DNA of 64,000 nucleotides, taken from Anthoceros angustus. Taxonomy: Eukaryota; Plantae; Anthocerotophyta. Shown piece after piece: positions 52,728-64,000 of this stretch. A program made the position numbers and the translations under genes. Every line of letters starts with the position of its first letter. Position 1 is the first letter of the stretch. The notes beneath the pieces are model-generated. The model did not search any database. It was not told the origin of the DNA and was given only the letters and a program-made list of their open reading frames with translations. The DNA is taken from the NCBI GenBank assembly GCA_010909165.1, contig MU008169.1:2170001-2234000 (forward strand). The letters run 5' to 3'.

Positions 52728-55700
52728 GTGGAAGAAGTCGCGGTGGTCGGAGGAGGAGGAGGAGGAGAAGAAGAAGAGGATGAGGAAGAGGCGAGATCAC
52801 CGCAGAGGAAGGAGGTCGTAGAAGAGAAGCTGGTGACCAGTGACGAGGAAGGGTCGCGCTCCTCCGAGCACGAGTTACCGTCCACGACCGTCGCGGAACG
52901 CCCGCGACGTTTTGCTTCTCAAAGCGGTGACACCACCTCATCTCCCAGCGAGACCGACAGTGACGACGAGGTCGTCAGTAGCGGGGAATTTCAGGCTTGG
53001 TCGGAGGATTTGGCGGAACGACTCGATCGAATCGCTGGTCAGATTGATCTTTTGGGACGAACTAGAGGGGAGGTCGCTACTCCTCAAGGATCCCGATTTG
53101 TTTCCTGTTACCCGGAGGAGTGTTGGTCCAGTGGACACTCGAGCAACATGAGTGGAGTTGGTGGAGGAGGAGGACCGCCAACTTCATAGTCGCCATACGC
53201 CAAATTCGAGAAGAAGAAGGGAGATGACGCGAGGCGCTTTAAGAACTTTGAGCATGTCTCCCATGCTAACTTGGAGGATGGAGCCGATCGACTCGCATCT
53301 TTCCGGGCTGAGAGGGCATGCACATGGTATGGTCGCACCTATAATTCGGTCGCGATTGGGAAGCTCTCAAAGCGCCTTCTTGAATCGGTTCGAGGGCTCA
53401 CTATGCACACCACACTTTAGCAAAGTTGAGACCCTCAGGAAGAAACGAGAATCTTTGTTTGATTATGTGGAGAGGTTTTACGGATATCCGGATCGAGTTC
53501 AAATGTGCACCCGAGACCCGGAGATCCACCACCTGGTACTCACAAGAGCAAGCGCTGGATTGGTTTGTGAGTGGCTTGTCTCGGAAAATGGAGGTACACT
53601 GCAGACGTGGGACGAAGACGTTGGCAGGGGCCCTCCGCTTGGCTGAGGAATGGGAGTCCGCCGAGTTAGGGAGGAGAAGAAAGAAGAGGCGAAGTCATAA
53701 GAAGAGGAAAGGATCGAGAAGATCTAGCTCCTCGTCTTCCGCCACCTCCTCCAGCTCGTCACCCTCGTCCTCATCAGGAAGCGAGGATAGCGGAACTCAG
53801 GAAAGCTCCACATCGGATGAAGAATCAGGGAAGGCCTACGAACGGCGAATAAAGAAGGACCCGGAGAAGGTCAAACGAAGGCGAAGTCATAAGAAGAGGC
53901 GAAGTCATAAGAAGAGGAAGGAAGGGAAGACGGTCCGTCGGATGGAGGAGGAGGAAGGACCCCTAGAGAATTGCTGGAGCTTGTGAAGCACTCACTGCTG
54001 GATTTGAAGGGGCTAGGGACCCAGCAGCCTCCTTGTGGGCATGCCAAGAGGAAGTGAAATCTCAAGACATGGCCAAGAGGAGGAGGAGGAGGAAGAGGCG
54101 AAGGCCGAGGAATGGGAGTCCGATGAAAAGGCCAAATTGGAAAAGGTCAGGAGAAGCTCCACATCGGATGAGGAAGGAGAAGCAAGGAGGAAGTTGTCAC
54201 AAGTCAAGAAAGAGCCATTCGGCAACAACCCAAAAGGATTCTTGGAGGCAAAAGGAAGAGCATTTTGCCCAATTAGAGCAAGAAAGGAAGAAGAGGAAGT
54301 GAGGGAGGAGGCAAGGCCCAACTCAAAGAAGTGGCCGACATGAGCAGTGATGGCTACTCAAGCATCAAAATCCGGATATGGGAGAGGAGTTGAGAAGGAC
54401 CCGGAGAAGGAGAGGAAGGAGGTCGAGAAGAGAAGCACAAGACAGGAGTCGGAGCGAAAAGGAATGCTTGGCAAGAAAGGAGGGCTTGCCAAAATTAGGA
54501 CTGGAACAAAGGAGGTCTGGAGGAGGAGCGCCACAAGAAGGTGGTGCATGAATGCCGGTAGTGAGGAAGCGATTTTGGCATGCCCTTCGTGCAAAATTGG
54601 CCACCAAAGGAAGTGAGGGAGGAGAATGTAACCTCCATGTGAAGGTGGGAGAATTAACCACCAAGAGATGCCTACAAGGGTAGGTGAGGATGGAGAAGGG
54701 ACCGAGGGTCGACCATGTGTTGTGAGGAAGGAGCTTCACGACCTTTAGTTGTCATCGGGGTGAATGGTTGAGACACTAGAGGGGTGTGGTTTGCTTCCTT
54801 CTTAACGACTGTGGGTTGGAGGACATGAGGATGGTTGCAGATGTCAGACAGGGGTCGATCTAGGGGGGATACACGCGGAAGGTCACCACCGCCTGTCACT
54901 GCAAGAGATTTACGAGCCTTGCGAAGAAATCAGCTCAGGGAAGAGACCGCCGCTGTCGCTACTCGAGGGCAGCGGGAGGAAGTAGAGTTACGAGCGGACG
55001 TGGAAGAAGTCGCCTTGACCTCGGAAGGCGGAGACGGAGGTGCGGAACGACAGACTGAAAAGTGGAGGAGGAAGAGGCGGAGATCACCGACAGCGAGAGG
55101 AAGGAGGTCGTAGAAGAGAAGCTGGTGACCAGTGACGAGGAAGGGTCGCGCTCCTCCGAGCACGAGTTAAATCCACGCCGAACGCCACGCTTTGCTTCTC
55201 AAAGCGGTGACACCACCTCATCTCCCAAGCCGAGGAAGGGAAGACGGTCCGTCGGATGGAGGAGGAGGAGGAGGATTTGGAACGACTCGATCGAATCGCT
55301 GGTCGATTGATCTTTGGGACGAACTAGAGGGAGGTCGCTACTCCTCAAGGATCCCGATTTGTTTCCATTACCCCGGCGAGGAGTGTTGGTCCAGCGTGGA
55401 CACTCGAGCAACATGAGTGGAGTTGGTGGAGGAGGAGGACCTAACTTCATAGTCGCCCGTCAAATTCGAGAAGAAGAAGGGAGATGACGAGGCGTTTAAG
55501 AACTTTGAGCATGTCTCCCATGCTAACTTGGAGGATGGAGCCGATCGACTCGCATCTTTCCGGGGCTGAGAGGGCATGCACTGCGGTGGTCGCACCTATA
55601 ATTCGGTGTCGCCGGATTGGGAAGCTCTCAAAGCATTGAATCGGTTCGAGGGCTCATGCACACCACACTTTAGCAAAGCTGAGGACCCTTCGTAGGAAGA

Positions 55701-56830
55701 AACGAGAATCTTTGTTTGATTATGTGGAGAGGTTTTACGGGTATCTGGATCGAGTTCCGAAATGTGCACCCGAGAGACCAGGGGATCCACCTACCTCTGG
55801 GTACTCACAAGAGCAAGCGCTGGATTGGTTTGTGAGCGGCTTGTCTCGGAAAATGGAGGTACACTGCAGACGTGGGACGAAGACGTTGGCAGGGGCCCTC
55901 CGCTTGGCTGAGGAATGGGAGTCCGCCGAGTTAGGGAGGAGAAGAAAGAAGAGGCGAAGTCATAAGAAGAGGAAAGGAACGAGAAGATCTAGCTCCTCGT
56001 CTTCCGCCACCTCCTCCAGCTCGTCACCCTCGTCCTCATCAGAAAGCGAGGATAGCGGAACTCAAGAAAGCTCCACATCGGATGAGGAATCAGAAAAGGC
56101 CTACGAACGGCGAATAAAGAAGGACCTGGAGAAGGTCAAACGAAGGCGGAAGCGGGCAGCGGAGAAGGAGAGGAAGGGAAGACGGTCCGTCGGATGGAGG
56201 AGGAGAAACGTCTGCAGCGGAGGAGGATTGCGGACAAGTGGAGGCTTTGACCAAGATTGACCGAGTTAGAGGTCAAAGGCGTGAAGAATCAAGCTCCACG
56301 AAGATCTCCTCACCGGCAGCTTGGTGTATTGCTCAATTTGTCATCAAGCGGGACACACCAACCGAATGTATTCGCACCACGACATGCGGTAAACCATGTG
56401 GAAACCGTCATGCCGGGGGACTATTGGTATGTGGATGAAGCTTATCAGGTGCAAGCGGTCACTGGGAGTCGGCCACCTCAATCCATGAGGGCGACTTACC
56501 AACCGACTACACCAGTCCCCTCGAGGTATGGATCGCGACCGACATCGCCAGGACCATGGAGACCAGATCCATCGCAGAGGCCGATGGCGATTCCACAGGG
56601 GTGTTGTTACAATTGCGGAGCACCAGGTCACTACTCAAATGAATGTCCAGAACCACGAAAACAAGTGGGCTATGTACCCTTTTGTCAAGTCTGCAAGGAA
56701 TTAGGACATAAAATGGGGGATCCCAGGTGCTCGGGTGTGGCGCGAGTGGCACCCGAGATTGAGGTTGAAATTGCGGGTGTTTGGTGGAGGCGGAGGCAAG
56801 GCCCAACTCAAACCGCGATCACGTGACCAC
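52728..56830 (+). pseudogene. gag: gag of B (capsid-like region duplicated; basic/Ser-rich tract; two CCHC knuckles)
   Basis: FDYVERFY...EQALDWFVSGLSRKME, RRRKKRRSHKKRK-polySer, CYNCGAPGHYSNEC and CQVCKELGHKMGDPRC (~56600-56730). Confidence 0.8.
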
Positions 56831-57569
56831 GACACGGTCAAGGTGGAGGCGGAGTATGATTCCTCGACGGATCCAGTGACATCGTGGATCGTGGAAGAGG
56901 GGTATGAAGGAGATGAGTGCGGATGAAGGATTGATGGTGGCCAAGGTGACCACCGGATCAAGCGGAGAAAGGCCGAGGAAGGGAAGACGGTCCGTCGGAT
57001 GGAGGAGGAGAAGAAAGAAGGACCCGGAGAAGGTGAGGGACGACTCACCGGCCTCCAGAGGCGCAAGCGCGTGAGGAGGAGGAGGGAGGCCCACCCCAAA
57101 GTAGACTTCCGCACCCGGTGGGGCGGCGAAGGGGCCAAGGAGAGGAGGAACGAACCACGCTTCCTCCCGACATCGCCGAGAAGTAGCGTCGGAAGATGAG
57201 CTAAACAGCTCACCCGATGGAAAGGCCGAGGAATGGGAGTCCGCCGAGTTAGGGAGGAACCGGACCCGAGGAGGAGGACATTGGGTCCCAACCGATAGGA
57301 GGGATCATGGAATCGAAGCTTTACCAATAAGGTCGGAGTCGACTCAGTGCAAGCGGGAGGAAACCTTGTCGATAAAATCTCCGAAGCTACTTGACCGCGA
57401 ATTTGTGGTCACAGCTTGCTATGCGGTGAGTCCGAGATCCCGCAAAATTGTGAAGGAGGCGATCGGGGAATCCACAAGCGGTAGGAGGAGAAAGCGGCGG
57501 CGGAGGTAAATGTGGTCGAACTCATTGATTTTGGGGCACCCGAGATTGAGGTTGAAATTGCGGGTGTTT

Positions 57570-60500
57570 GGTGCCCGACGTGCCATTAGATTCGGATCGA
57601 GTCAACTTGATGACGGAGGAGACGGCTCATCAACTCGGGTTCACCGAGTTTCACCCGCCCGAGTATTTTTACGGATGGCCGACTGCAAGGAGAAAGCCAC
57701 TAGGGGTCAAGGACGTGCGTGAATTGGGGACTCACCTTCCATCTTACCTACATTGTGATGCGGCCGGTTTCGGATCTAGGCTATAAGGTTTTGATAGGTA
57801 GGCCTTGGTTGTATGGTACTGCGTGTGTTTTTGATTTTGGTCGTAGTGGCATCACCTTCAAGTCCAGTAGATACGGACCTGCGGCGATTGCTTTCGTGTC
57901 ATGGAGTAAGGCTCCTTATGAGGGGGAGTCTGCAACCCAGTCTGACGGGTACACCTCAGGTAGCACGGGGGTAAGCTCCTCGGGCAGTGACCGAGCATAT
58001 CGGGGTCCCTCAGTCGAGGTCGCCGAAATAAAGAGTGATTTGGTGTATACCTGTTTACATATAGAGGAAGTCATAGAAGAATCAGAAGATGAGGCCCATA
58101 GAGAAGGAGTAGCCTTTTGGAAGGGCAAAGCTTATGAGCGAGACTTTCCGGAAGAGGGATCCGAACCCGATAGGCAGCATCCGGAGGAACATATGTAGAT
58201 CCGTGAGGACTTAGAGTTAGAACCCAAGGTAGTCAAGATTTCTAGGTATCTAGGCGGTGGAAAAGAAGAGTTTCGTAGTGCTTAGGGAGTATGTCGATGT
58301 GTTTGCCTTCAAGATTACCGACATGAATAGGAACTGGGATACATCGAATTGATTTGAAGGAGGCAAGACACCGTAAGGATCAAGCAATACTGAATCCCAA
58401 GTATTCCATGGTCGTTAAGGATCAACGACCAATACTTGGAGCGGTGATTTATCCGGCTTACCAAAGTGGGTTGCTCCCATCGTAATTGTACCCAAAGCAG
58501 GAAAGGTTCGGTGTGTCGATTTCGTGAAACTTAATGAAGCAACGAAGAAGGATCATCACCCTTTGCCTTTCATGGACAGCGTAGACATGGCTGGCCATGA
58601 AATGTCTGATTTTGGATGGGTATTCGTACAATCAAATTTCGTTGAGGAAGGAGGATCAGACAAGACAACGCTCACAATTGGGGAACTTACGCTATTCAAG
58701 CTCCCTTCGGGTTGTGTAACGCCCGCCACTTTCAACGAGTGGTGAACGCTATATTCCGAGATTTTTAGAAGTTCATGGAGGTATTCCTAGATGATTTCGT
58801 GTTGGGAGGCGGAACGCATCTAGATCATTTAAGCAATGTTTCGAGATGCAGAATCGAACATGAAACTTCATCCGAAGTGTTATTTTGGTATGACAGAGGG
58901 TATCCTGTTGGCACATCGAGTTTCAGAGCGAGGATTGCAGGTAGATAAGGAGAAGGTAGCAGTCATAGCTGAGATGGACGCACCACAAACGGTGAGGCAG
59001 GTGCGTGCTTTTGTAGGGCTGGTAGGATATTACAGGAGGTTCATCAAGGATTTCGCCAAGAAGGCAGCCTTGTTGACACAATTGACCAAAAAGGATACAC
59101 CGTTCGAATGGACAACGCGACGAGGCCCTTGAAGGACTTGGTGAGCGCCAACACTTGCAACCGATTGGGAAAAACCGTTTCATGTATACGTGATGTGTCC
59201 GCCATTGGGACCGTCTTAAGCCGAAGGAGAAGAAAGCGGGATCATCCGATTTTCTATGCGGTAGACACTCACGGATCCGAAAAGAACTACTCAACCACGG
59301 AGCGGGAGGGTCTTGGTATCATTTACTCCCTAAGAAGTTTAGACACTATCCGCTTGCAAGGTGACGCTTCATGTTGACCATTTTGCGTTGAAGTATCTTG
59401 TCAACAAGCCGGTTTCGTGAAGGATTGCCGTGGGTACTCGCTGCAAGAGTTTGACTACGACGAAACCAGGCAGGAAGCAACATCGAACGCTGATTTCATT
59501 TCTCGTCGGCGGAGAGCGACTTGAGGCCACGATTTCGACGAGGAGTTGGTCGCCACGACTGGTCAAGGAAGGACGAGCATAATGAAGACGGCCTAAGAAT
59601 TGATCAGCAAGTCTTGTTGCTAGAAGAGGCCAAGTGAGCAAGAAGGGAAGCGTTGTGCGAAAGGCTGCAGGACAACTGGAAATCCGAGAGAGGATAGCGG
59701 GCATGGGCGCGAGGAGGAGGCTGAAATGCTCCTCAAGGGTGAGCAGTCGGGAGCTGCAAGTGGAGGCCACGAGTTGGCAACAGGAAGGAGATGCATCCCA
59801 TGACAAGCTTGAAGAAAACTGGGAGAAGGAAATGGCAGATCATGGGAAATCGCCCATGAGGCGACCATGGGGGCAGCGGGCCAAGGCGTGAGGCCGCCGA
59901 AGAAGGCGAAGTCGGCCCATTCGGAAGGATCAGATGAGGCCCATAGAAGGAGTAGCCTTTTGGAAGGGCAAAGCTTATGAGCGAGACTTTCCAAGAGGGA
60001 TCCGAACCATATAGGCAGCATGGGAAGGAACCTATGTAGATCCCCGGTGGAGGACTTAGAGTTAGAACCCGCAAGGTAGTCAAGGTTTCTAGGTATCTAG
60101 GCGGTGGAAAAGAAGAGTTTCGTAGTGCTTAGGGAGTATGTCGATGTGTTTGCCTTCAAGATTACCGACATGACATCGAGAACTGGGATACATCGAATTG
60201 ATTTGAAGGAGGCGCACAGAGGATCAAGCAATACTGAATCCCAAGTATTCCATGGTTGATCAACGACCAATACTTGGGCGGTGATTTATCCTTCACCGGT
60301 GAGTGGGTTGCTCCCATCGTGATTGTACCAAGAAGCAGGAAAGGTTCGGTGTGTCGATTTCGTGAAACTTAATGAAGCAACGAAGAAGGATCATCACCCT
60401 TTGCCTTTCATGGACAGCGTGCTGACATGGCTGGCCATGAAATGTACTGATGGATGGGTACTGGTTACAATCGATTTCGTTGAGGAAGGAGGATCAGACA

Positions 60501-63500
60501 AGACAACGTTCTCCGATTGGGGAACTTACGCTTATTCCAAGCTCCCTTCGGGTTGTGTAACGCCCGCCACTTTCAACGAGTGGTGAACGCTATATTCCGA
60601 GATTTTTCGGAAGTTCATGGAGGTATTCCTAGATGATTTCGTGTGTTGGGAGGCGGAACGCATCTAGATCATTTAAGGCAATGTTTCAGATGCAGAATCG
60701 AACATGAAACTTCATCCGAAGTGTTATTTTGGTATGACAGAGGGTATCTGTTGGCACATCGAGTTTCGGGCGGATTGCGTAGATAAGGAGAAGGTAGCGA
60801 TATAGTCGAGATGGACGCACCCAAACGGTGAGGCAGTGCGTGCTTTTGTAGGGCTGGTAGGATATTACAGAGGTTCATCAAGGATTTCGCCAAGAAGGCA
60901 GCCTTGTTGACACAATTGACCAAGAAGGATACACCTTCGAATGGACAACGCGAGGCGAGGCTTTTCAGCTGAAGGACTTGGTGAGCGCCAACGTTACAAC
61001 CACCGATTGGGAAAAACCGTTTCATGTATACGTGATGTGTCCGCCATTGGGACCGTCTTAAGCCGGAAGGAGAAGAAAGCGGGATCATCCGATTTTCTAT
61101 GCGGTAGATGCTCACGGATGAAAGAACTACTCAACCACGGAGCGGGAGGGTCTTGGTATCATTTACTCGTAAGAAGTTTAGACACTATCCGCTTGCAAGG
61201 TGACGCTTCATGTTGACCATTTTGCGTTGAAGTATCTTGTCAACAAGCCGGTTTCGTGAAGGATTGCCGTGGGTACTCGCTGCAAGAGTTTGACTACGAC
61301 GAAACCAGGCAGGAAGCAACATCGAACGCTGATTTCATTTCTCGTCGGCGGAGAGCGACTTGAGGCCACGATTTCGACGAGGAGTTGGTCGCCACGACTG
61401 GTCAAGGAAGGACGAGAAGAAAGCGGGATCATCCGATTTTCTATGCCACAGACGACGAAAAGAACTACTCAACCACGGAGCGGGAGGGTCTTGGTATCAT
61501 TTACTCCTGTAAAAAGTTTAGACACTATCTGCTTGCTTGCAAGGTGACGTTTCATGTTGACCATTTTGCGTTGAAGTATCTTGTCAACAAGCCAGATTTG
61601 TCAGGAAGGATTGCCAGGTGGGTACTACTGCTGCAAGAGTTTGACTACGACGTCGAAACCAGACCAGGAAAGCAACATCAGAACGCTGATTTCATTTCTC
61701 GTCTGAAAACTGGAGAGCGACTTGAGGCAACAGACGACCGATTTCCTGACGAGGAGTTGGTCGCCACGACCTGGGTCGAAGGAGAAGGACACGAGCATAA
61801 TGAAGACGGCCGAAGAAGTGATCAGCAAGTCTTGTTGCTAGAGGAGAGGCCAAGTGAGCAAGAAGGGAGCGTTGTGCAGGAAAAGCTGCAGCAGGACAAT
61901 CTGGAAATCCGAGAGAGGATAGGACGGCGCCAGCATGAGCGCGAGGAGGAGACTGAAATGCTCCTCAAGGGTGAGCAGTCAGGAGCACTGCAAGTGGAGG
62001 CCACGAGTTGGCAACAGGAAGGAGATGCATCCCATGACAAGCTTGAAGAAAACTGGGAGAAGGAAATGGCAGATCATGGGAAATCGCCCATGAGGCGACC
62101 ATGGGGGCAGCGGGCCAAGGCGTGAGGCCGCCGAAGAAGGCGAAGTCGGCCCATTCGGAAGGATCAGATGAGGCGCAGCAGTATGTGAACCTAGGGAGAA
62201 GCAAGGAGGCGATGGATTTACGGATAGATCCACGCCACTTGGGGCTGCCGGAGCGGCTAGGAGGAGGCGACGTACGCCGGAGGAGGAGATTAGAACGCGA
62301 GGGGCGTTCATGCCCGAGATATCTGTTGAATGGTGAGGTACGCAAATTCCTGAAGCATGGAATCATGCCCGAGGGGTTGTCCAGGGAGGGGCGAGCCGTC
62401 TTTCTCCATAAAGCCTCGCCCTACTGCTTGAAGGCGGGTGTTCTGTACAAACAAGGCCCGGACGATAAAATTCGAAGATGCCTCGAGGTTGAAGAAGCCG
62501 CACTCGTCACGGAGGCACTACATGCAGAAGAGGCTGGTGGACACTATTCGGTACAGGTGACCGTTAAGAAGATTTTGAATGCATTGGTGGCTACGATGCA
62601 AAAGGATGTGTGGGAGTTCACCGAGGTGTGATGCGTGTCGAGGGTTGGGCGGCCTACGTTGTCGACACAATGGCCTCTTACCTACATCTTACCACGCACC
62701 TTCGAGAAGTGGGGAATCGACGTGGGACCGATCAAACCACCAACGCAATGGACTAAGAAGCAGTACATTTTGGTGGCTACGGATTGTACAAAGATGGTGG
62801 AAGCAGCGAGGAAGGATGACGCCTGCAGGTGGCCAAATTTTTATTCGAGAACATCATAACGAGGTGGATGTCCTTTAGAGTTGGTCACGACCGGGGACAC
62901 ATTTCCTCAACTCGGTCGTCCCTAACCACCTACTTCAACATTCCGCATCGAAGACGACTCCTACAACCCCAAAGGCAAATGGATTGTGGAGAAGACGAAT
63001 GGGTTGCTCGCACAATCCTCACCAAGGTAATGGCACACATGTATGATTGGGATGCTAAGTTGCATTCGCATTGTGGGCCTACAGACCCGCGGAGAAGATA
63101 ACCACCAAGAAGACACCTTATTATCTAACATATGGTATGTCTCCGTGATGCCGTGGAATTTGAAGTACCACCTACTGATCATGGAGGATGAACGGATGGA
63201 GAGGATAGTCGTAGCTAGGTTAGAAGCTTTCATAGCAGAGGAGCATAGGGAGGATGCTTTAGAAGAAACAGATTCGTGAACTCGTAAAAGATCGGCATGA
63301 TGGGAGGTTGAGGAAGCAGAGACTATCGTGGACGGGATTTGGTTCTTCTATATGATAGTCGGTACCTAGACTTTCCAGGAAGCTCAGGCTAAGATGGATG
63401 GGACCTTACGAGGTGGTCGCAGATACGAGAATGGATCCGTGCAACTCGGGTCGGGCGGGTACCACCGAGTCAATGGGTGGAAGGTCAAGAAGTACCTCCA

Positions 63501-63534
63501 CCAGTACTGTTGTTTGCGAGGACGCAAACAGTGA
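57570..63534 (+). pseudogene. pol: pol of B (PR-RT-RH-linker-INT) with RT-RH duplicated and RH triplicated
   Basis: PR VPLDS..VNLMT (~57580) and YKVLIGRPWL. RT LNEATKKDHHPLPFMD and MEVFLDDF (~58775, ~60617). RH NYSTTEREGLGIIYS...WVLLLQEFD. INT ALHAEEAGGHY, FEKWGID and MGPYEVV. Confidence 0.9.
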
Positions 63535-63545
63535 GGTGGGGAGTA
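63533..63545 (+). promoter_or_regulatory. PPT of B (GAGGTGGGGAGTA)
   Basis: Immediately before TGTGGAACG. Same AGTA|TGTGG junction as family A. Confidence 0.8.
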
Positions 63546-64000
63546 TGTGGAACGAAAGTTTGGGCAACCAGCCCAAAAGAGCAAGACAAACAAGTTTGAT
63601 TTTTTTGGCTAGAACGATTGAAGAGGAGCATGCCAAGAAATTTTCGAGAATCTTGAAGCGGAGTTGTAGGATATTGTTAGGAAGGCAAAAGGATATCCCG
63701 GAAGAAGAACGGTTACCCCGACGCGGGAGGGCGTCGAAAGGTAGGTGGCACTACGTAGGGTCCACCACCCGTAGAAGGAAGCGGACTACATGTGTGGCGG
63801 ACTACCGTGGTCGACAATCTCGCTAAAAGGAAATTTAGAATAGAGGATATCCACTATATATGCTCACCAATAGGGAATAAATATATAGAGTAATTAGAAG
63901 CGGTTAATTAGGATAGCGGATAGGAAAATAGGTAGTTTAGATAGAATTAGGATTTTGGAATGATGAATCCAATCTAGGGTTGTGGCCGCCGGTGGCGACA
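63546..64000 (+). repeat. 3' LTR B (partial)
   Basis: Matches 43887-~44345. Confidence 0.88.

Larger units (their letters stand above)
43887..64000 (+). mobile_element. Ty3/gypsy family B, non-chromoviral, runs off the window end
   Basis: LTR, PBS (52386), gag, PR, RT, RH, INT, PPT (63533-63545), then the 3' LTR start. Confidence 0.88.

Overview
This window is eukaryotic, plant-like repeat DNA. I see no host genes, RNA genes or CRISPR arrays. The backbone is a head-to-tail array of an unidentified ~4.9-kb unit (copies start near 1, 5917, 6936, 12211 and 42971). Three LTR retroelements sit in the array, all on the + strand. (1) A non-coding element with large LTRs (12268-16830). (2) Ty3/gypsy family A, arranged as a tandem LTR-internal-LTR-internal-LTR remnant (~17761-39030). 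(3) Ty3/gypsy family B (43887 to the window end). All three share TGTGG starts and CCA(CA) ends on their LTRs (eroded at some junctions), a T-run+TGGCGCTG(C/T)CGGGA-type PBS and a GAG(A/G)(A/T)GGG(G)AGTA PPT. The most unusual biological signals are a homologous sense-strand accessory ORF inside the very long LTRs of both A and B, a covarying AGGA-loop hairpin just before the PPT, a non-autonomous partner using the same priming signals, and two insertions ~20 bp apart in the array unit. Major caveat: copies differ mainly by 1-4 nt indels, and there are many microhomology-anchored jumps. The sequence may therefore be an unpolished or chimeric assembly, or otherwise non-natural, so copy-specific rearrangements need raw-read validation. 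All domain calls come from reading motifs by eye, not from searches.
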